64,000 nt of DNA from an uncultured Actinomycetes bacterium (lineage in GTDB: Bacteria; Actinomycetota; Thermoleophilia; Gaiellales; Gaiellaceae): contig CAVQRA010000004.1 of the NCBI GenBank assembly GCA_963715075.1, positions 601,555-665,554 of the forward strand, read 5' to 3'. The notes beneath the pieces are model-generated. The model was not told the DNA's origin. It searched no databases and was given only the letters and a program-made list of their open reading frames with translations. How positions within the stretch are numbered: the stretch's first letter is position 1; every line of letters starts with the position of its first letter. The position numbers were made by a program, and so were the translations under genes. This document shows positions 58,899-64,000 of this stretch, one piece after another.

Positions 58899-59585
58899 TC
58901 ACCCGGCGCGTCGAGGGCGCAGGCGGCTGACGACTACGGCCACGACGGTCACGAGGTAGAGCTGGCCGAGCAGGGCCTCGCCGACGGCGAGCATCCGCCC
59001 GACCTGTCCCGCGGGGGTGAAGTCGCCGTAGCCGAGGGTCGCGAGGGTCACGTAGCTGAAGTAGATCCGGTCGCCCGGCGTCCCGTCTGTCCCCTGCTCG
59101 AAGAACGGCGCGTCCCCGAGGAGCGCCGCTGCCGAGTACGTGAAGGTGAAGAACAGCCCGATCAGCAGGTAGATCGTGACGACCCCGATCACGGACTGCG
59201 CGTTCACGTCTCCCTGGTCGACGACGCCGACCGCGATCACTGCACACGTCATCACGATCAGGAGCGCGCTGAAGATCCCCGTCGCCCCCTGCGTGGCGTC
59301 TCCCGCGAGGAGCTGGGCGATCGCGACGACGGTCGCCACGAGGGCGATCCCGATCGAGCCGCGCACCGCCGTGCGACCGAGGCCGGAGGTCCACAGCGCG
59401 AGTCCGAGGGTCGCGGCCTGGAGGAGGATCAGCACGCTGCTCGACCAGGATTCGTCCGGAGCGAACGACGTGAAGAGGACGGAGACGACGACCAGCGCGA
59501 GCACGACCCCGAAGCTGTGGGATGCCCGGAGCCGGCTCATGCGCTCGCCCGGATACCACCCGGCCTGGGGGTGCGCGTCTGTCAC
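58899..59585 (-). CDS. potassium channel family protein
   Basis: YFSYVTLATLGYGDFTP filter; EALLGQLYLV. Confidence 0.88.
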   Translation of the reverse strand: MTDAHPQAGWYPGERMSRLRASHSFGVVLALVVVSVLFTSFAPDESWSSSVLILLQAATLGLALWTSGLGRTAVRGSIGIALVATVVAIAQLLAGDATQGATGIFSALLIVMTCAVIAVGVVDQGDVNAQSVIGVVTIYLLIGLFFTFTYSAAALLGDAPFFEQGTDGTPGDRIYFSYVTLATLGYGDFTPAGQVGRMLAVGEALLGQLYLVTVVAVVVSRLRPRRAG

Positions 59586-59808
59586 GCCGCGGAGCGTAGA
59601 GCATCGCCCACGAGGGGATGGCGGGGAGCGATGGAGCGGGGGCCTCCGAGGCGATAGGGTCTCTGTCGAACATGGGCGGTGACCGCAGCTGCCGCAGGCA
59701 GCTCGGCCTCCACGGGCTCACGCCAGCCGTGGGTACGAGAGGATCGAACGGCGCCGATCGCCACCGGGGAGGTCTTGACGTATGTCAGCACATGGAGAAG
59801 ATGAGACG

Positions 59809-61396
59809 ATGTCAACGGATCAGAGCGAGCCACAGGGCGGCGAGGGCGCGACACGAGCCCACCGACGTCACGGAGATGGAGCCGGCCGGCGCCCCGACCG
59901 GGATCCCCTCCCGGAGTCCGGAGTGATCGAGGAGGCTCCGCCTGGCGCCGGCGCCGCTGTCCACCGCGTGCCCCCGACGCGGAAGTCGTCGGCCCCGGTC
60001 GTCACGCACTTCACCACCGCGGAGCGGACGGCCCGCGGCAAGGCGGCGCGCGCCGAGGTGCTCGCGGCGCTCCCACGGCGCGTGGGAGCCCGCGCCCTCA
60101 TCGCCCCGACCCCGTCGCGCTGCTCGAGGAGCAGGCGGCAACACGCGTGCCGGAGCTCGTGCCGATCCGCTACGGCAGGATGCTCGTCTCGCCGTTCACG
60201 TTCTACAGGGGTGCCGCCTACCTGATGGCCTCCGACCTCGCGACGGGGCCGCGGACGGGGCTGCACGTCCAGCTCTGCGGCGACGCGCACCTCTCGAACT
60301 TCGGCGCGTACATGGCACCCGATCGGCGTCTGGTGTTCAGCGTCAACGACTTCGACGAGACGCTGCCCGGGCCGTTCGAGTGGGACGTGAAGCGGCTCGT
60401 CGCGAGCTTCGCCGTCGCCGGACGCGACCGTGGGTTCGACGACAAGGCGCGCCGACGCATCGCGCTCGCGGTCGGCACGTCGTATCGCGAGGCGATGGCG
60501 CAGTTCGCGGCGATGCGGAATCTCGACATCTGGTACGCCCGGGTCGACGTGGAGGCCCTGTTCGAGCGGATCGCGAAGAGCGTGAGCGCAAAGGTGCAGA
60601 AGCGGGCCGAGAAGAACCTCGCGAAGACGCGGACGAAGGACAGCCTGCGCGCGTTCGACAAGCTCGTGACGCACGTCGACGGCGAGCTGCGGATCACCAG
60701 CGACCCACCGCTGATCGTCGGCGATCCGCGAGCTCTATCCCGAGCAACGCCGCGATCGAGGTCGAGGACGCCGTGCGCAACATCCTCCGCTCGTACCGGC
60801 GGACGCTCGCCGGCGATCGTCGCCGGCTGCTCGAGCGCTTCGAGTTCGTCGACGCGGCGCGCAAGGTGGTCGGGGTCGGCAGCGTGGGCACGCGCGCGTG
60901 GATCGTCCTGATGCTCGGGCGCGACGAGCAGGATCCGCTGTTCCTCCAGGTGAAGGAGGCCCAGAAGTCGGTGCTCGAGCCGTTCCTCGGCAAGAGCCAG
61001 TACGCGAACTGCGGCCAGCGCGTGGTCGAGGGTCAGCGGCTCACCCAGGCGGCGAGCGACATCATGCTCGGCTGGATCCGGGTGCTCGCACCGGACGGCG
61101 TCGAGCGCGACTTCTACGTCCGTCAGCTGTGGGACGGGAAGGGCTCGGCGCTCGTCGATCAGATGGAGCCCGACCTGATGGCCCAGTACGGGCGGCTCTG
61201 CGGCTGGACGCTCGCGAAGACCCACGCGCGCTCGGGCGACGCCGTCGCGATCTCCGCGTACCTCGGCAACAGCACCGCCTTCGACGAGGCGATGGCCGAC
61301 TTCGCGGAGCTCTACGCCGACCAGAACGAGCGCGACTACGCCGCGCTCAAGGCCGCCGTCGAGTCGGGGCGCGTCAAGGCCGAGTTCGGGCTGTAG
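59809..61396 (+). CDS. DUF2252 family protein, frameshifted
   Basis: RVPELVPIRYGRMLVSPFTFYRGAA, CGDAHLSNFG, NDFDE, KVVGVGSVG, LQVKEA, FYVRQL, HARSGD. Confidence 0.88.
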
Positions 61397-61511
61397 AGGC
61401 GTCTCTGGCCGGGCGAGAGCCCGGCCAGAGACGCTCTCGCCCGTGCGACGGGCAGTCCAGGCATCGAGGCCGGGGATGGCCCGGCTCGCTGCCGGGCCGG
61501 TCGGCGGGCCG

Positions 61512-62333
61512 CTACAGCGGCAGGCCCTCCGCGTCGCAGGGTGGTGTGACGCCGCCCACGAATCTCGCCTCCTCGCCGAGGATCACGAGCGCCCGCTCCA
61601 TCGCGACGGGGCGCAACCCACCGGCACCCTCGTGGAACGGGTTGTCGAGGAACCAGAGCACCAGCACGGACGAGGTGACGACGACGGTGATCGCGCCCAT
61701 CATCGCCGCCTGGACGAACGCCCGCTCCCCGCTGTCGGCGAAGAGCAGCATGAACCCGAAGATCATCGACGCGCTGAGGAAGAGGACGATCCACAGCGGC
61801 CCCGGGATCACTCCCTGCGCGCCGTGGGTGCGGTCGGCGCGGGCGCTCTCGCGGTCGGAGCGCTGGTCGAACCACTTGGCGTAGGCCGTCTGCTCCGAGG
61901 CCGAGCGCGGCTCCGACGTCTTGATCGTCCGGAACATCGCTGCTCCCCACGGGTTCAGCCGCTCCCCGAGCGACCCGTCGTCGAGCTCGGGCCACTCCTG
62001 GTGGACGACGGAGCGGGCGTAGCAGATGAGCTGTCCGGAGAGCGCCTTCCGCACCGGGACGGGGAGGAACTGCGCGGTCTCGAACTGCTGCGTCGCGATC
62101 CTCGCCTCGGCCTCGGAGCCGCTGCGGGCCGTGTCGAAGCTCTCGAACGCGAGGAACACGACGAAGCCGATCATCACGGCGAACCCCGTCGCGAGGACGC
62201 CGAAGACCCCGGCCGCGCGGTCGCCGTCCTGGAAGTAGCTCCCGTCGGGTGCCCCACGCCGGACGAGCAGCATCGCCGTCACGGTGATCGCCACCGCCGC
62301 GACGACGATGAGCCCGGCCCACACCAGGGTCAT
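61512..62333 (-). CDS. DUF4239 (bestrophin-like) membrane protein
   Basis: GFAVMIGFVVFLAFES, YARSVVHQEWP, IPGPLW, LDNPF. Confidence 0.7.
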   Translation of the reverse strand: MTLVWAGLIVVAAVAITVTAMLLVRRGAPDGSYFQDGDRAAGVFGVLATGFAVMIGFVVFLAFESFDTARSGSEAEARIATQQFETAQFLPVPVRKALSGQLICYARSVVHQEWPELDDGSLGERLNPWGAAMFRTIKTSEPRSASEQTAYAKWFDQRSDRESARADRTHGAQGVIPGPLWIVLFLSASMIFGFMLLFADSGERAFVQAAMMGAITVVVTSSVLVLWFLDNPFHEGAGGLRPVAMERALVILGEEARFVGGVTPPCDAEGLPL

Positions 62334-62446
62334 CCGCCGTTCCTCCGGTCGTCTCGGCGCGGCACGCGCGCATCCTGCCTGAACGCGCCGCGTCACAGGC
62401 GCGGTTGCCCGTTGTGCGCCGACCGCCGACCGCGTAGTCTCCGCGC

Positions 62447-63342
62447 GTGCCCCCCGGGATCCTCGCGCTCATCGCCGCCTTCCTCTTCGCGCTCGCGGCG
62501 ACCCTGCAGCAGAAGGGTGCGCTCGGGGTGACGGGCGTCTCGCTGTCCGACCCGGCATCGCTCTGGCGGCTCGCGCGCAACCACGTGTGGCTGCTCGGGA
62601 CGGTCGGCACTGCTCATCGGCTACGTCGTCCAGGCGGTCGCCCTGGACAACGGGAAGCTGGCGATCATCCAGCCCCTGCTCGTCACGACCGTCGTGTTCG
62701 CGCTGCCGCTCGGCTACTTCCTCACGGGTCAGCACGTCGGCAAGCGGGAGATCCTCGGGGCGCTCGTGGTGATCGCCGGGCTCGCGCTGTTCGCGGTGTT
62801 CGGCGACCCGGCCGGCGGCAACGAGAACGCGCCGAACGACGAGTGGGCGATCGCGCTGCTCGTGATCGGCGCCATCTGCGTCGTCCTCCTCGTCCTCGCG
62901 CGACGCGGCGACGGCTCCCAAGCGCGCCGCGTACTACGGCGTCGTCTCGGGCATGCTCTTCGGCGTCTCGGCGTGCCTCGTGAAGCCGACGCATCGACTA
63001 CCTCCACGTCGACGTCGGGACGATGCTCAGCGCACTGGGAGCTCTACGCGATGGCGGCGACCGGGATCGCCGCGTTCGTGCTCCAGCAGATCTCGCTGAG
63101 CGCTGGGCTTCCTCGCCACCTCCGTCGCGACCGTGTCGGTCTCGAACCCGGTGGTCTCGGTGACCCTCGGCGTGCTGATCTTCGACGAGCGTCTGAGCCG
63201 CCCCGCCTGGCACGTCGTCGTCGCCGTGGGGGGTCTCGTGATCGCGCTCGCCGGGGCGGCGATCATCTCGATGGCGACGGAGGGAAAGCGGGACACGGAT
63301 CGGTCGACAGCCGAGCCGGCTCCGGCGCCCGCCGTGTCGTAG
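62447..63342 (+). CDS. DMT family transporter, frameshifted
   Basis: FALAATLQQK, WLLG, QAVALDNG.LAIIQPLL, NPVVSVTLGVLIFDE. Confidence 0.75.
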
Positions 63343-63388
63343 CGCTCCCACTTGACGCCGCCGCCCCGTCTGAGAGAGACTGCCGCCT

Positions 63389-63712
63389 ATGTGCTGCCTC
63401 GCGCTCCTCGCCACCGGCCTCGGCCCCCGCATCGCGCTCCTCGTCTGGTGGATCTTCGGGGACAAGCCCGGCGAGGTGTTCGACGGCAACAGCTGGGTCT
63501 GGGGCTTCCTGGGCTTCCTGATCCTGCCCTGGACGACGTTCATGTACATCATCGCGTGGCAGCCGATCGTCGGCGTCGACGGCTTCTGGGCGTGGCTCCT
63601 CGTCGGCCTCGGCGTCGCGCTCGACATCGCGACGTACGCCGCGAAGCCCGCGCAGAAGTACGCGCACCCTCCTGATCGTCGCCCGGTCGAGCTGACGTCC
63701 GTCAGGGCCTGA
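63389..63712 (+). CDS. small hypothetical membrane protein
   Basis: MCCL...GPRIAL..WW...LGFLILPWTT hydrophobic ORF; GAGACT -10 box upstream. Confidence 0.65.
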   Translation: MCCLALLATGLGPRIALLVWWIFGDKPGEVFDGNSWVWGFLGFLILPWTTFMYIIAWQPIVGVDGFWAWLLVGLGVALDIATYAAKPAQKYAHPPDRRPVELTSVRA

Positions 63713-64000
63713 GCGGCCCGTCCCGCCTGCGCACGGGCACGGCGCACGGCCGCTCGCCGCGCGGCGCAGGCACTCCGCCTCGGGCCTCACCCGGGTGGGC
63801 GAGGGCGGCGGCTGGAGTCAGGAGAGAAGCGCCGGCGGGCCTGACCCCTGCCGGCACCCGCCGGCGTGGTTCCGCCGGGAGAGGTGGAGAGGGTTACCCC
63901 TCCGCGGTGGACCGATCATCGCCGCTCGAACGGGGGACGTCGCCCCGTTCGGGCGCCCGGTGTCGGTCGACCGGCCAGGAACGACTCCAGGCCCGCGCGC

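Overview
Very GC-rich (visually about 70%+) actinobacterial-type DNA. Gene content, frequent leaderless starts and GGGGGAACC-type repeats suggest Thermoleophilia/Gaiellales (inference). Many genes are split by single-base indels that look like long-read consensus errors, so gene ends are approximate. From left to right: an aminotransferase end, a 2-hydroxyacid dehydrogenase, an orphan RES protein, and a short array of atypical genes separated by a 21-bp direct repeat (2.8-4.7 kb). Next is a cobalamin-dependent quaternary-amine demethylation locus (two non-pyrrolysine MttB-family enzymes, IclR, corrinoid protein, DUF1638, pterin methyltransferase, ASKHA activator, MTHFR, choline dehydrogenase), then an XDH-family molybdoenzyme, ppx/ppk1, a Rieske oxygenase and a PHP protein. 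These are followed by an M20/ATP-grasp/GATase/C45 amide module, an acsA-pdhABC-ACP operon directly upstream of a complete A/V-type ATPase operon, and a DtxR/MntR-controlled multicopper oxidase + ZIP pair. The right end carries moaB, an M2-like peptidase, an MMPL transporter, a BacNav-like channel with an unusual filter, heliorhodopsin, typA and several membrane proteins. No rRNA, tRNA, CRISPR array or transposase was seen. The best candidates for undescribed systems are the acsA-PDH-ACP-ATPase module, the repeat-delimited cassette-like array, the methyl-transfer locus and the ATP-grasp amide module.
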